DNA of 63,924 nucleotides, the filler included, from Chiloscyllium plagiosum (Eukaryota): the NCBI RefSeq assembly GCF_004010195.1. It is 3 parts of one record of this genome, joined end to end, with 100 filler letters (N's around TTAATTAATTAA, not from the genome) between each part and the next. Parts side by side here need not be neighbours in the genome. Positions count along the whole stretch, not along the records: positions 1 to 25,859 come from NC_057714.1; positions 25,960 to 56,486 come from NC_057714.1; 1 more part is not named here. One strand, written 5' to 3'. Both the position numbers and the translations under genes were made by a program. A model generated the notes under the pieces. That model made no database searches. It saw only the letters and a list, made by a program, of their open reading frames with translations, and had not been told where the DNA came from. Below are positions 25,021 to 37,269 of this stretch, one piece after another. Position 1 is the stretch's first letter, and each line of letters begins with the position of its first letter.

Positions 25021-25384
25021 ACCAGAAACTGCTGACAAAGAATGAACTGGAAAAGGTTGGATGATTACAGTAATTTACATTGATACGGTGTTTTTACAAT
25101 GAAGCTTTAATCCAGAGTGCTTCAGAGCAGCATTATAAAAGAAAATATGTTAAACTGGATGACCAAAAGCTTAGGTGAGCTTTATAATAAGTGTCTTAAA
25201 CAAGGAAGTCAAAAATCACACACCAGGTTATAGTACAACAGGCTTATTTGGAAGCACTACATGGTGTCATGTGATTTTTAACTTTGTCCAGCTCAGTCCA
25301 ATACCGGCACCTCCACATCATTCTTATTAAACAAGGAAAGCATCTTAGAAAAGATTAGGGAGAGAATTCCAAATTTTACATAGT

Positions 25385-25859
25385 TAAAAATCACACAACA
25401 CCAGGTTATAGTCCAACAGGTTTAATTGGAAGCACACTAGCTTTCGGAGCGACGTTCTTTCATCAGGTGATAATGGAGGGCTCCATCGTAACACAGAATT
25501 TATAGCAAAAATTTGCAGTGTGATGTAGCTGAAATTATACATTGAAAAATTGATTGTTAAGCCCTTCATCTGTCAGAATACAGTGGTAGTTTCACTTCTT
25601 TCATGTGTAAATCAAAAAACCTTTTTTTTAAAGTTGCATTCTCGGGTTAGCTGTTAACAATAGTGATAGCTAGACAATATGTTGAAGGTGTTAGCCCCCT
25701 GTGTTCTCTGTCTATGACCTGATGTTTAGATTGATTCTAATCTAAAAAGTGAGATAACAGAGTTTTACATAAATTCATGCAGTTTTTGAGCCCAGAGTTC
25801 TACATGAATGTATGCAGTTCTTGAGCAAAGTGCAATGTAACTCTGCAAGTACAAAAAAA
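25385..25859 (-). mobile_element. Penelope-type terminal repeat (second family) running into a gap
   Basis: aaaaatcacacaacaccaggttatagtccaacagg end motif, also at 23935, 25210 and 27330; contains a hammerhead core. Confidence 0.65.
25435..25469 (-). ncRNA. Minimal type-I hammerhead ribozyme motif
   Basis: Reverse complement = cac-CTGATGA-aagaacgtcgctcc-GAAA-gc-TA-gtg; canonical CUGAUGA/GAAA/UH with stem I cac/gtg; stem II carries mismatches. Confidence 0.7.
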
Positions 25860-25959
25860 NNNNNNNNNNNNNNNNNNNNNNNNNNNNNNNNNNNNNNNNN
25901 NNNTTAATTAATTAANNNNNNNNNNNNNNNNNNNNNNNNNNNNNNNNNNNNNNNNNNNN
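25860..25959. other. Artificial scaffold linker N44-TTAATTAATTAA-N44
   Basis: Exactly 100 nt; palindromic six-frame stop spacer; identical copy at 56487-56586. Confidence 0.95.
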
Positions 25960-26345
25960 CGGTTGGAGGGAGAGCGCCTCATCTTCCGCCTAGGAATCCT
26001 CCAACCACAAGGGATGAACTCGGGTTTCACCAGTTTCCTCATTTCCCCTCCCCCCACCTTGTCTCAGTCAAATCCATCGAATTCAGCACCGCCTTCCTAA
26101 CCTGCAATCTTCTTCCCGACCTCTCCGCCCCCACCCCAGTCTGACCTATCACCCTCACCTTGACCTCTTTCCACCTATCACATTTCCGACGCCCCTCCCC
26201 CAAGTCCCTCCTCCCTACCTTTTATCTTAGCCTGCTGGACAAACTTTTCCCATTCCTGAAGAAGGGCTTATGCCCGGAAAGTCGATTCTCCTGTTCCCTG
26301 GATGCTGCCTGACCTGCTGCGCTTTTCCAGCAACACATTTCCAGC
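25960..26345 (+). mobile_element. Penelope-like element 3' end (GIY-YIG C-terminus, C-rich UTR, hammerhead)
   Basis: ERLIFRLGILQPQGMN; ctgaagaagggcttatgccc at 26256; same family as 33795 and 61138. Confidence 0.8.
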
Positions 26346-27764
26346 ATTGAAACCAATCTACCCCCTCTGGAAAAAGTATTTAATGACTCCATTTGCACTG
26401 TCTTTTGAGGCAGAGTTCAAGAGTTGCACACCCCTCCAAAGGAGCAAAAATTCCCCACATCACTGTGCTAAAAAGGTGACCTCTTACTTTTAAACAGTGT
26501 CCTTTAGCTCTAGACTTTCGCACAAGAGAAAACATTTCCACATCCACCTTGTCAAGCATAGAAACATGAATGTCTGTCAAATGACCCCTCACTTTTTCAC
26601 TATAATGCTGTTTGTTTTTGTCATAATACATCACATAACATCTTTATGGCATATAAGAAATTTGATTCATATGCAACTATTCAAAACGTTTGGATAGATA
26701 TCTCCTTTCTCTTTCCACCTATTGCCTGCACATGCACACTGTCCCAATCTGAATTTGTGCATTTGTTATTATGAGTAGTTGAAATATATTTATGCTGATC
26801 TAAATAGTCCATTGAAATATTTGATTTTATCTCTGCAGGCTTGAGCAAAATTAATATAAAATGAATGCAGAAAATGTAATGCTTTTTGTGCAATACTGTG
26901 TGTTGTTTATCATTGTAGTTCAACTTACTGCTTCAGCACAGTGCATCATTTAAATATTTAGCACTAGCCAAGTGTCGTTTTCTATCAAGTTTTGAAAACT
27001 ATTTCCAAGGTTTTTAGTCAGTAGATTTTTGGAGAGAGATTTCATTCCATTTTATCTTATTAATGGATTGACTGCTACTTTCTTGTCAGTGGACTGTTGC
27101 TCAATTAGTTTTAGATTTTTGACCACAATCTGGATCACCTTTATGAGAGCAGTTGACCCACCTGATATTTAAATTAGTATGCAAAATGAAACTGAATTCC
27201 CTGTTAACAAAGTATTAATCTTTGTTTCTACACCAATTTTTAACTTAGATGCCAGTCACAATGTGGAGGTGCTAGTGTTGGACTGGGTGGACAAAGTCAG
27301 AAGTCATACTCCAAAATGTTGTGATTTCAAATAAACCTGTTGGACTATAATCAGGTGTCGTGTGATTTCTGACTTTACCTATTTGCTGCAAGAGTACTTT
27401 TTAAGTCATTGTGTCTTTGTTCTGTGCTACATGTTGTGCTCCTGTAATTAAATTTGCTATGAGGAAAAGATGCGTTCATTTGATTGCTCAGTGGGTTTTT
27501 TTTTACTCGAGGTTTGATACTGAAAAGGCAAGTTCATCAAAACCAAACTTTGTTTTCTGAGATGGATGTATTCCTAGAAGATGATGGTCCCAACAGCAAA
27601 GAGCTTTTTGTACATGTTTATCTTGATTTTACAGTAGCAAGAGTGGTTTAGTTTTCTTCCTAGTATTTTAGTGATCACTAAAGGAAAACAAAACCCAAAA
27701 AACTGTGGATGCTGGAAATCAGAAACAGAAATTACTGGAAAACTCAGCAAGTCTGGCAGCAGAA

Positions 27765-28437
27765 TGTTGTGAATCTTGAAAGAGTTCAGAAAAGACAGGG
27801 ATGTTACCAGAGTTGGAGAATTTGAACTACAGAGGAACCTCGATTATCCATAGGACACTGGTGGGCAGTATTTCGTTCGGTTAATCATTGCTGACTAACA
27901 TAGTTTAGCCAAGCATCGGGACCTTGCGATCCTGCTGGATAATCTGATATTTGGATATTTGAATGCTGGATAATTGAGGTTCCTCTGTAAAGGGAGATGC
28001 TCGAGAGGCCGAATAAGCTGTGGCTGTTTTCCCTGCAACATTGGAGGCTGAGGGGTCACTGTATAGAGGTATATAAAATCACAAGGGGCATGAATAGGGT
28101 AAATAGACAAGGTCTTTTCCCTGAGGTGGGAGAGTCCAGAACTAGAGAGCATAGGTTTAGGGTGAGAGGGGAAAGATTTAAAAGAGACCTAATGGGCAAC
28201 ATTTTCACGCAGAATGTGGTACTTGTGTGGAATGAGCTGCCAGAGGATATGGTGGAGGCTGGTATGATTACAACATTTTAAAAGGCATCTGGAAAGATAT
28301 GTGAATAGGAAGGCTTTGAAGGGATATGGGCCAAGTGCTGGCAAATGGGACTGGATTAATTTAGGATAGCTGGTCAGCATGGACGAGTTGGACTGAAGGG
28401 TCTGTTACTGTGCTTTACATCTCTAAGACTGTATGAT
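27765..28437 (+). mobile_element. CR1 3' fragment containing a MITE
   Basis: LFSLQHWRLRG..YKI..ESRTREH..WNELPE; CR1 3' UTR. Confidence 0.85.
27830..27987. mobile_element. Tc1/mariner (Tigger-like) MITE, 158 bp
   Basis: TIRs cagaggaacctcgattatcc / ggataattgaggttcctctg; TA on both sides; cleanly interrupts the CR1 sequence. Confidence 0.88.
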
Positions 28438-28512
28438 CTGTGGAGAGAAAGCAGAGTTCATGTTTCAAGTCCTGTGACCTTCGCACAGAACTGATTGCAG
28501 TTAGGAAAAGTT

Positions 28513-28822
28513 TGATTAGATTACTTACAGTGTGGAATCAGGCCCTTCGGCCCAACAAGTCCACACCGACCCGCCGAAGCGCAACCCACCCATACCCCTA
28601 CATTTACCCCTTTAACCTAACACTACGGGCAATTTAGCATGGCCAATTCACCTGACCCGCACATCTTTGTAACTGTGGGAGGAAACCAGAGCACCCGGAG
28701 GAAACCCACGCAGACACGGGGAGAATGTGCAAACTCCACACAGTCGCCTGAGTCGGGAATTGAACCCGGGTCTCTGGCGCTGTGAGGCAGCAGAGCTAAC
28801 CACTGTGCCACCGTGCCGCCCA
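28513..28822 (-). mobile_element. HE1-type V-SINE
   Basis: Full head accgtgccgccc at right, (gatta)n tail at left. Confidence 0.92.
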
Positions 28823-28825
28823 CGG

Positions 28826-30515
28826 TGTTTGCTCGACTGTGACATCTAGGAATGGCAGTTTGGTGTTGTTTTCCTCCTCTTTAGTGAATTTTATGCCAGT
28901 AAGGGTATTATTGATGGTCTTGAAGGTTTCCTCTAACTTGTTTCGTTTTGTGATGACAATGGTGACATCCATGTAGCGGACCCAAGTTTGGGTTGGATGG
29001 TTGGCAGAGCTGTTTGTTCGAGTCTCTGCATTATTGCCTCTGCTAAAGAACCCTGATATCGGAGATCCCATGGGTGTTCTGTTGGTTTGTCTGTACGTTT
29101 TGGTGTTGAAGGGGAAGTGTGTGGTAAGGCATAGGTACCCTAGCTTGATGATACTGTCTTTGTTGATGAAGTTAGTGGTGTTTGGTGTATGTGTCTTTGG
29201 GTCTTCTAATAGTGTAGTCAGTGTTTTCTTGGCCAGGTTAATGTTGATTGATGTAAGCAGGGCTGCTACATCAAAGGAGACCATTATTTCATCCTATTCT
29301 ATCTTAGTATCTTTGGTCTTCAGGAATTCTTGGGTGGAGTGGTGTGAGTCTCCTACCAAGTGTTTTAGTCTTTGATGTAGCTCCTTGGCCAATCTGTAAG
29401 TGGTGTTCCAGGTAGTGAGACAGTGGGTCGGGGGAGGGAGGGAGGGGCTCCTGGTTTGTGAATTTTTGGTAATCCGTAGAAGTGTGGTGTGTTGGATCCG
29501 TCTGGTTTCATTCTTTGGAAGTCTGTCTTATTTATTTCTTCAGATTTCTGAAGTTTTTTGAGTAGGGCTATGATTTGGTTCTCTAGATGTAAGGTTGGGT
29601 CTATCGCCACTTGTTGGTAAGTGTTGGTATCTGTAAGTAGTGCGTACGCTTTTTCAATGTAGTCTCTTCGATTTAGAATTACTGCCAAATGTCCTTTGTC
29701 TGTAGATAGGATAACAATGTTTTTAACTTTTTTTAGTCTTTCCCGTGCTTGCTTTCTTGTGTATTGAGTGTGCTTCCTTTTTTTCTGCTTAATGTTGGTG
29801 CGACTACCTGTCTGATGGTTTGCTGGGTTTCTTCTGTGAGTTGGTTGTCTTTTAGTGTTGTTTCTAATACTGCTAAGGAATCTTTCTTGTCCGCATCCGG
29901 GCAGTTGTAATTTAATCCTCTTACTAAGACGGCTTTTTCAGTGTCTGTTAAGGGTCGGTCAGATAAGTTTTTTTTTAATCCATGCTTCTGTATTGTCAGT
30001 GTTGTTATTTGGTGCAAGTTTGTCTAGTTTTTTCTGCAAGTCTAGTTTTTTCATTTTCTGTGTTTGTCGCTGTCTAATATGTATGGCTTGTTGTATTGTG
30101 TCTATCTATTCATGGTCTGTTGCATGAGTGAGTAAAGATTTTTGGTGCAAAATTTCCCGGTTGTATTTACAGAGTCTGTTGTGGGCATCATTAATTATTT
30201 CTCTGAGCATTCTGAGACCGTTTTGCTCTACAATTCTTTTGGCTAGTGGGGTGTTAAGGGGAGATTTGTATTTAAGGCATTTAGGTAATACCTGTTTTCT
30301 TAGGCATTCGTGCAGGAAGTACAGCTGTTTTCAGGTGACACTCTGTCGAATGGCATTTGTTTCCCATTTTCGGGCCATTTTTAGCGTATTGTGCCCATAG
30401 GTCTTAGCGAGTTTTGAGAAGATTTGTAGCTTCGGTTGAGGCTTTGGATGTAACTCAACCTGAGCTTGAAGGTTCCTTTCCAGACATTTCGTCACCCTAC
30501 TAGATAACATCTTCA
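28826..30515 (-). mobile_element. Penelope-like element, 5' portion (pLTR, N-terminus, RT), inverted
   Basis: LVRGLNY, FYGLPKIHKPG, VSFDV, PMGSPISG, WVRYMD, IKFTKEEE..LPFLDV. Confidence 0.9.
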
Positions 30516-31540
30516 TAAAATTCACTAAAGAGGAGGAAAACAACAACAAATTGCCATTCCTAGATGTCACAGTAGAGCAAACAGCCAATGGGGAATTTCA
30601 AACCAGCGTCTTCAGGAAAACAACACATATGGACCAAATATTGAACTACAGAAGCAATCATCCCAACTCCCACAAACGAAACTGCATCAGAATATTATTT
30701 CAACAAGCCAACACATGCTGCAACACAGAGGAACTACGCAGAGCAGAGGAAAATCACCTATACTGTGTATTCAAAACGAATGGGTACCCAATGAGCACAG
30801 TCTGCCGATTTCTCAGCAACAAACCCAAACAAGCAGACAAAACACAGCCAGAAACCTAAGCCAGTCTCCCCTACATCAAAGACATCTCAGAAATGACTGC
30901 CAGACTACTCAGACCCCTTGGCATCATGATAGCTCACAAACTCACCAACACACTAAAATAGCGGCTAATGCACTTGAAAGACCCTATACAGACAACAAGC
31001 AAAACTAATGTTATTTACAAAATACTGTGCAAGGACTGTAACAAACACTACATTGGACATGCAGGCAGAAAACTAGCTACCAGGATACATGAACACTAAC
31101 TAGCCACAAAAAGACATGACCCTCTCTCACTAGTGTCTTTACATACAGATGAGGAAGGACACTACTTCGACTGGGACAACACATCCATTCTAGGACAAGC
31201 CAAACAGAGACACCCATGAGAATTCCTTGAAGCATGGCATTCCAACCGGAACTCTATCAACAAACAAATCGAGTTAGAGCCCTCTACCATCCTCTGAGAA
31301 AGGAACAGGAAGTGACTTCACCACAGGAAATAACATCACCACAGGAAATGGCATCACCAACCCAAAGAAACCCAGACATATTAATAGAAAGCAGGAATTT
31401 TCAGCAGTGCTTCGCCTGAGGCCCACTGAAGATGTTACCTAGGAGGATGACAAAACATCTGGAAAGGAACCTTCCAGCTCAGTGCACAAACCTACATCCA
31501 AAACCTCAACCTGAGCTATAAATCTTCTCAAAACTCGCTA
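30514..31540 (+). mobile_element. Penelope-like element, 3' portion (RT thumb, GIY-YIG endonuclease, pLTR)
   Basis: LPFLDV..RKTTHMDQILNYRSNHP..NGYP; VIYKILCKDCNKHYIG (GIY-YIG with CxxC); pLTR ctgaagatgttacc matching the inverted copy at 30405-30515. Confidence 0.9.
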
Positions 31541-33794
31541 TTACATTGAATGCCTCTGCATCCTCAAGGTATTCCAATGTATTTAAAGCAAATGAACTTT
31601 TCAAGTGTAATCACGATTCTGTGGACAAATTGCACACTGTCTTTTTGTTCAGGAATATATACTATTTAATGCACTCAGATAAGTCCCAACTCTTTTTTGA
31701 AAAGGACCTTTATGCTCGCAGATGAGATTGTGAAAATCTTTTGCAGTACTGCATTGATGCGCTGGTTGGTAAGCAATTCCCAGGCTTTCAAATTCTCACC
31801 CTTTTTATCAAACTTCTCTGTGGCTGCAACCCGCCTTATACCTGTACCCTGCAGCCCTCTAAGATATCTGGCAGTTGTGGAAAACACGATAAATGTAAGC
31901 CCCAACCTTTTCTCTAAGTGAGAGAATGGCAACAAACAACTTGTGGTCTTGGTTATACAACAAATCTCTCATGACAGTTTCAGAAATACCCTATGCCAAA
32001 AGAACCATGCCTAGGAGTAGGTTTGGATCAATTTCCACATTTTTGATGGAGACAAGCATACTGTAGTTATGAGTGTTCATGCTCCACCCTTCCAGGAAAA
32101 AAAATAGTGGTCTGTGAATCAGTTGGCGCTGTGTTCTCAAAGGCCTGATTTAAATAAGCAAAGTTTTCCTGCCAGAGGAAAAATTGTGTTGCTGGCAGAA
32201 CTAAATCTCTCATGCTGCCTCGTAAGCAGCTGCATTTGTTTTATTGGGCAGGTACTCAAATACAATATATTTTTTCTTAGATGATTTCACTTCAATCTCT
32301 TGTGTTTGCAAATGTACTTCAATTTTTAAGATTGTGAAATGTTGCACCCCAGCAAAATATTTTCCTTCAAAATTCTTCATTAGAGATTGTACAAAGGGCT
32401 AAAATTAACATTCACGTTGGCAGAACATCTGGTACAGGATATTTGAAAGGCCAGTAGCCAGTTTGCTTTGTTCCCTCTGACTTAAAATGATTAGATCAGC
32501 AGAAAGAGCCTTACTTCCCTGTTATATTTTAGCCTTACTTCCCTGTAGGAAGTCCAGCAGTATGACATTGGAGGAACAAATGAACTTGTGGTTTAATTAA
32601 ATTAACTACTTGAACTATTAAAGGTAGCACGCAATTTACTTCATTTTGCATGTAGTCGGCAAACTGTTTACCCTCCCTTTCAGGTATTTTTGTTCCTTCA
32701 CTGGTCTAGTCCCTTTCTTTTTAACCTGCCATATTGATTTTTAGCTGTCCTTTCTCCAGCACCATTCCTCCCATTTAATAGAATTCTTTGATCATCTTTC
32801 CTAGCCATTATGACTCCTTGAAAGGTGCTCATTTATTATTATGAAATAAATATTGTAATTTTTCCTTTTTCCTTTCTAGCCTCTTCTCTTAGTGTATTTC
32901 AGCTGTTTTGTACACATTTCTGTTTCCCCCTCATTATCATTTGTTTGCATAGCTCTGTATACTCTGGATTCCTTTAATGTGGAAAATTAGCTCAATGTCT
33001 ATCAGCTAATTACTTTCATGCATTTGAATGTTGCTGTTAAATACATCTTGTTGGTCTTGAACAAAAGAAAGTATTGATCTTGTACTTCATTTAAGATTAG
33101 GTAATTCTGACATACTTCTTTCAGTCGTTGACATTCCTGATAATTATGCATTTGACTATATTTCCTAAAACTAACATTAATTGATGCATTATACAATAAT
33201 CAAATCCTTTGCTTGACTTAATTGAGTACGGTTCCAAGCACATTACTGTAGAATTTGTATGTTGCTGTGAACTTCGCATCACTAACCAAAGAAATTGCTG
33301 GAAATCTGATTTTTTTTTCAGCAATTCAGTGTTTTTTCAGAAGTTCAAAAATCATATTGCACAGAATCACAGATTAGAATTCCAGAGTGATATACATGGC
33401 AATGTTCATTGTCCATGCCTTGCCCAAACATCGAGCGATACAGTGTTTTGTTCATAAATTCTTATTCAGCATCCCATGTTTGATAAATGTGCATGCTTTC
33501 TGCTCAGTCGTTAGAATACTATTTGCTGTTAAACTGCTGTTTGTGTAGGCTTTTAATTCAGAATCTGGAACCCAGCATCATTCAGTTGGCTGTTCATAAT
33601 ATTTTCCATGTTTAATGGCAGGCTTGTAGACTAAACTGAATATATTCAACAGTCCTGAGAGAACTAGGGAAGATATTGTGGAAGCCTTCGAATTTATTTA
33701 AGGATTTTAATAAGTGTGAATGAGTGTCAGACAGGTGAGTTTCAAACCCAGGTCCCCAGAACATTACCTGGGTCTCCGGATTGTGTGTCTCGAA

Positions 33795-34220
33795 ATAAAA
33801 ATGTGATAGGTGGAAAGAGGTCAAGGTGAGGGTGATAGGTCGGAGTAGGATGGAGGTGGAGAGGTCAAGAAGAAGACTGCAGGTCAGGAAGGCGGTGCCG
33901 GGCTGGAGGGATTCGGCTGAGACAAGGTGGGGGGAGGGGGGATGAAGAAACTGGTGAAGTCCAAGTTCATCCCCTGTGGTTGGAGGGTTCCCAGTCGGAA
34001 GATAAGACGCTCCTCCTCCGACCGTCGGGTTGTTGTGGTTTGGCGGTGGATGAGTCAAATGACCTGCATATCCTCGGTGGAGTGGGAGGGGGAGTTGAAA
34101 TGCTGTGCTACAGGTTGGTTGGGTTGGTTCGTCCGGGTGGCCCAGAGGTGCTCTCTGAATCGCTCCGCAAGTAGGCGGCCTGTCTCCCCAATATAGAGGA
34201 GGCCACACCGGCTGCAGCTG
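33795..34220 (-). mobile_element. Penelope-like GIY-YIG endonuclease fragment
   Basis: CSRCGLLYIGETGRLLAERFREH..PVAQHFN. Confidence 0.85.
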
Positions 34221-34234
34221 TCTTGAAATAATAC

Positions 34235-36145
34235 CATTAGGCCATCACCTCCCTGTAATGCTCCACCATTCGTTTAGATCGTGGCTGATTATGGCCTTGG
34301 CTTCATTTTTCTGGCTGTCTCTAATACCATTTGATTCCCTTGTTAGTCAAGAATTGACCTACCTCTGACTTAAACATTTTCAACGACTGTCTCTGTCACT
34401 TTGTGGAAAAGAGAATTCTGCTGGTTAATGACCCCCTCAGAGAAAAGATTTCTCATCATTTCTATTCTAAATTGGAAATCCCCTGTTTTTAAAGTGGACT
34501 CTAGAGTTCTTTACTCTCCTGGAAGGACAAAGACCCTTTTGGCATCCACACTGACAATGCTCCTCAGAATCTTCTGTTTCAATAAGTTCTCACCTCTCAT
34601 TGCCCTAAACTGCCAAGGTCCAATCTGGCTAACCAGTCCAGTACCCTGTGCAAGTGCGTTATGATCTGATTTTAACCTATCACTACAATCCTGCATGTTC
34701 CTGATAACTCTTTCACGTCCTTGGTAATCAAGAACTTATCTGCCTCTGCTTTTAAAATATTTAAAATCTTCATCCATTGCCTTTTGAGGAAAGGAATTGC
34801 AAAGACACTCAACCCTCAGAGAAAAATAAGTTTCCTCATCTCTGTTTTAAGTAGTGCTTCCCTTTTTTTAAAAATTATGACACATGTTCTATACGCTCTA
34901 ACAAGAGGAAGTGTCCTTTCAGCATCCACGTGTTCAAGCCCCTTCTGGATCTTGTATGTTTCAGTTAAGTCATCTTTGACTCTTTCAACCTCGAGAGGAT
35001 ACGAACCTAGCCTGTCTAGCCTTTTCTCATAAGGCAATCCGCTCATTCCAGGTATTAGTCTAATGAACCTTCTCTGAACTGCTTCAAATGTGGTGATCAC
35101 CATAAATATGGTGATCAGTACTGAACAGAGTCATCCCAATACAATATCACTTAGATGACTGAGGCATTACCTCCTTGTTCTTAGATTCAGTTTCCCTCAC
35201 AATAAGCCATTACATTCTATTAGCTTTCCTGACTACTTGCTGTACTTGCTTGCTAATCTTCCATGATTCATGTAATGCGACACCCAGATTTCTCTGCACT
35301 TCAATGTTTTGCAACTACTCCCTATTAAGACAATATGCTACTTATTATTTTTCTGCAAAATGGACAGAATTTACATATTGTATTCTATTTACCAAATCTT
35401 TGTCCACTTACTTAAGCCATATTATTTCTGTAGGCTCCTTTCTCTCATCTTTGCAATCACTTTCTTGTGTATCTTTGTGTCAGCAACAAGTTTAGTTACC
35501 ATACCTTTGATTCCTTCATCCATATAATTTGTGTAAATTGTAAAGTGTTGAGGCCACAACATGGACACCTGTGGTACACCACTTTTGACATCATGCTAGC
35601 CTGGGAAAGACCCACTTATTCCTACTCTCTGCTTCCTGTTAATAATCCAATCTTCTCTCTTTGCCAATATTACCCCCTATACCATGAGTGTTTATTTTCC
35701 ACAATAACCCTTGATATGGCACCTTATCAAATACTTTCTGGAAATCTATAAATACAAGCCCTCTTTTGATATTCCATTCCTTTTATACGAAATAACAATA
35801 TTCCATTTGCCTTCTTAATTTGTACCTGTACTCAAACATGTTGTCATTCATCTACTAGGACATCCAAATTCCCCTGTACCATAGAGTTCTGTAATGTCTC
35901 GCCTTTGAATTAATGTGGTGCTTTAAGCTTTGTAAATCCCATTGCAGGCTCCTTGTGTTGTCTTTAGAGTTTGCTGTCCTATCTCTCTAAGTGTCATCTT
36001 CAAATTTGGCAATCATATATTCAGACTCCTCATCTGTCATTGATATAAGCATTGGGCAATAGCCCTGATCCCTATGCATTCCACTAGTTGCATCATGCCA
36101 ACTTAAAAGTGACCCATTTATTCTTACTGTTTCCAGTTTGCTTGC
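34235..36145 (-). mobile_element. Cluster of old CR1 3' fragments
   Basis: EAVQRRFIRLIPGMSGLPYEKRLDRLG..ETYKI; several nested 3' ends. Confidence 0.7.
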
Positions 36146-36149
36146 CAGT

Positions 36150-36460
36150 CATAGAATCCTTACAGTGTGGAAGCAGACCATTCAGCCCATTGAGTTCACA
36201 TTGACCCTCTGATGACCAACCCACCCAGACTCACCCCCCCTCCTTATCCTTGTAACCCTGCATTCCCCTTGCTAGCCCACCTAGCTTACACATCCCTGGA
36301 CAGTAAGGACAATTTAGCATGGCTAAGCCACCTAATCAGCACATGTTTGGACTGTGGGAGGAAACTGACGCACTCAGAGCAAAACCATGCAGACACTGGG
36401 AAAATGTAGAATTTTCACACAGAGAGTCACCTGGCGCTGTGAGGCAGCAGTGCTAGCCAT
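36150..36460 (-). mobile_element. HE1-related SINE, diverged
   Basis: ggcgctgtgaggcagcagtgct head; ggactgtgggaggaaac V-domain. Confidence 0.8.
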
Positions 36461-37269
36461 CCATTTTCCTTTAAATTATGGAATTAAGAAATGAGTTATA
36501 ATTTGGATTTACAACTGCTTAGAAATCCGAAAACAAAAGGAATTATATTGGTAACTCAGTGTCAATTGAAGTAGGCTTGAGATGTGGCTAGTTCTGGAGT
36601 ACAAGTCAATGATTCTACTGCCAAGATGTTTGCAGTATATCGTCAAATTTTTCTGAGTTATGTGGCATCCTTTTGATTATAGTGAGACATTATTGTCACA
36701 TGGGATTCTGTCTTTGCAGTTTGCTTTTCCAGATGAGCTAGATTTCTGTGAACCTGCATGATCTCTCATTCCTCTTCGATTTTGAAGATGATATTTGAGA
36801 CCCCTGAGATTGAAACTGGGGACCCACTCTTCTGTATGACTTTGTTATTTAGAACCACTGAGGTGTTCTGTGACTTCAGGATTTAATTAGGCAGGATCAT
36901 GCTCTAATGTAAAATTGTTCTCATCTGTCATTTGATAAATATCATTAAACATTTTACTGCATAACCTATTATTCAGTTGGTGAGTTCACAGATCGATTTG
37001 AACACACTATTTAAATATTAACCTTGTCTGAGTCACTCCTGTTGGATTTTATCAGTCAGCCTGTTATATATACAGCAGCATGCACAATGTCTTGCTTTAA
37101 CATACATTAAAACTGGGAATTGAAACATTCCCCTTCAGTTAGGTTTACTTTGGGCATACCATCATTTTAGTTTAAATTAAAGAGCAGTTAACTACTAGTT
37201 AAGCTACAAATGTACTTTTATTCTATCACCAGAAAATTATAGAACGTTTGATCTATTGGTTCAGTAAAA

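Noticed and set aside
31655..31770. Plus frame with in-frame TGA as a selenoprotein exon
   Set aside because: No recognisable selenoprotein motif or SECIS element; chance is more likely
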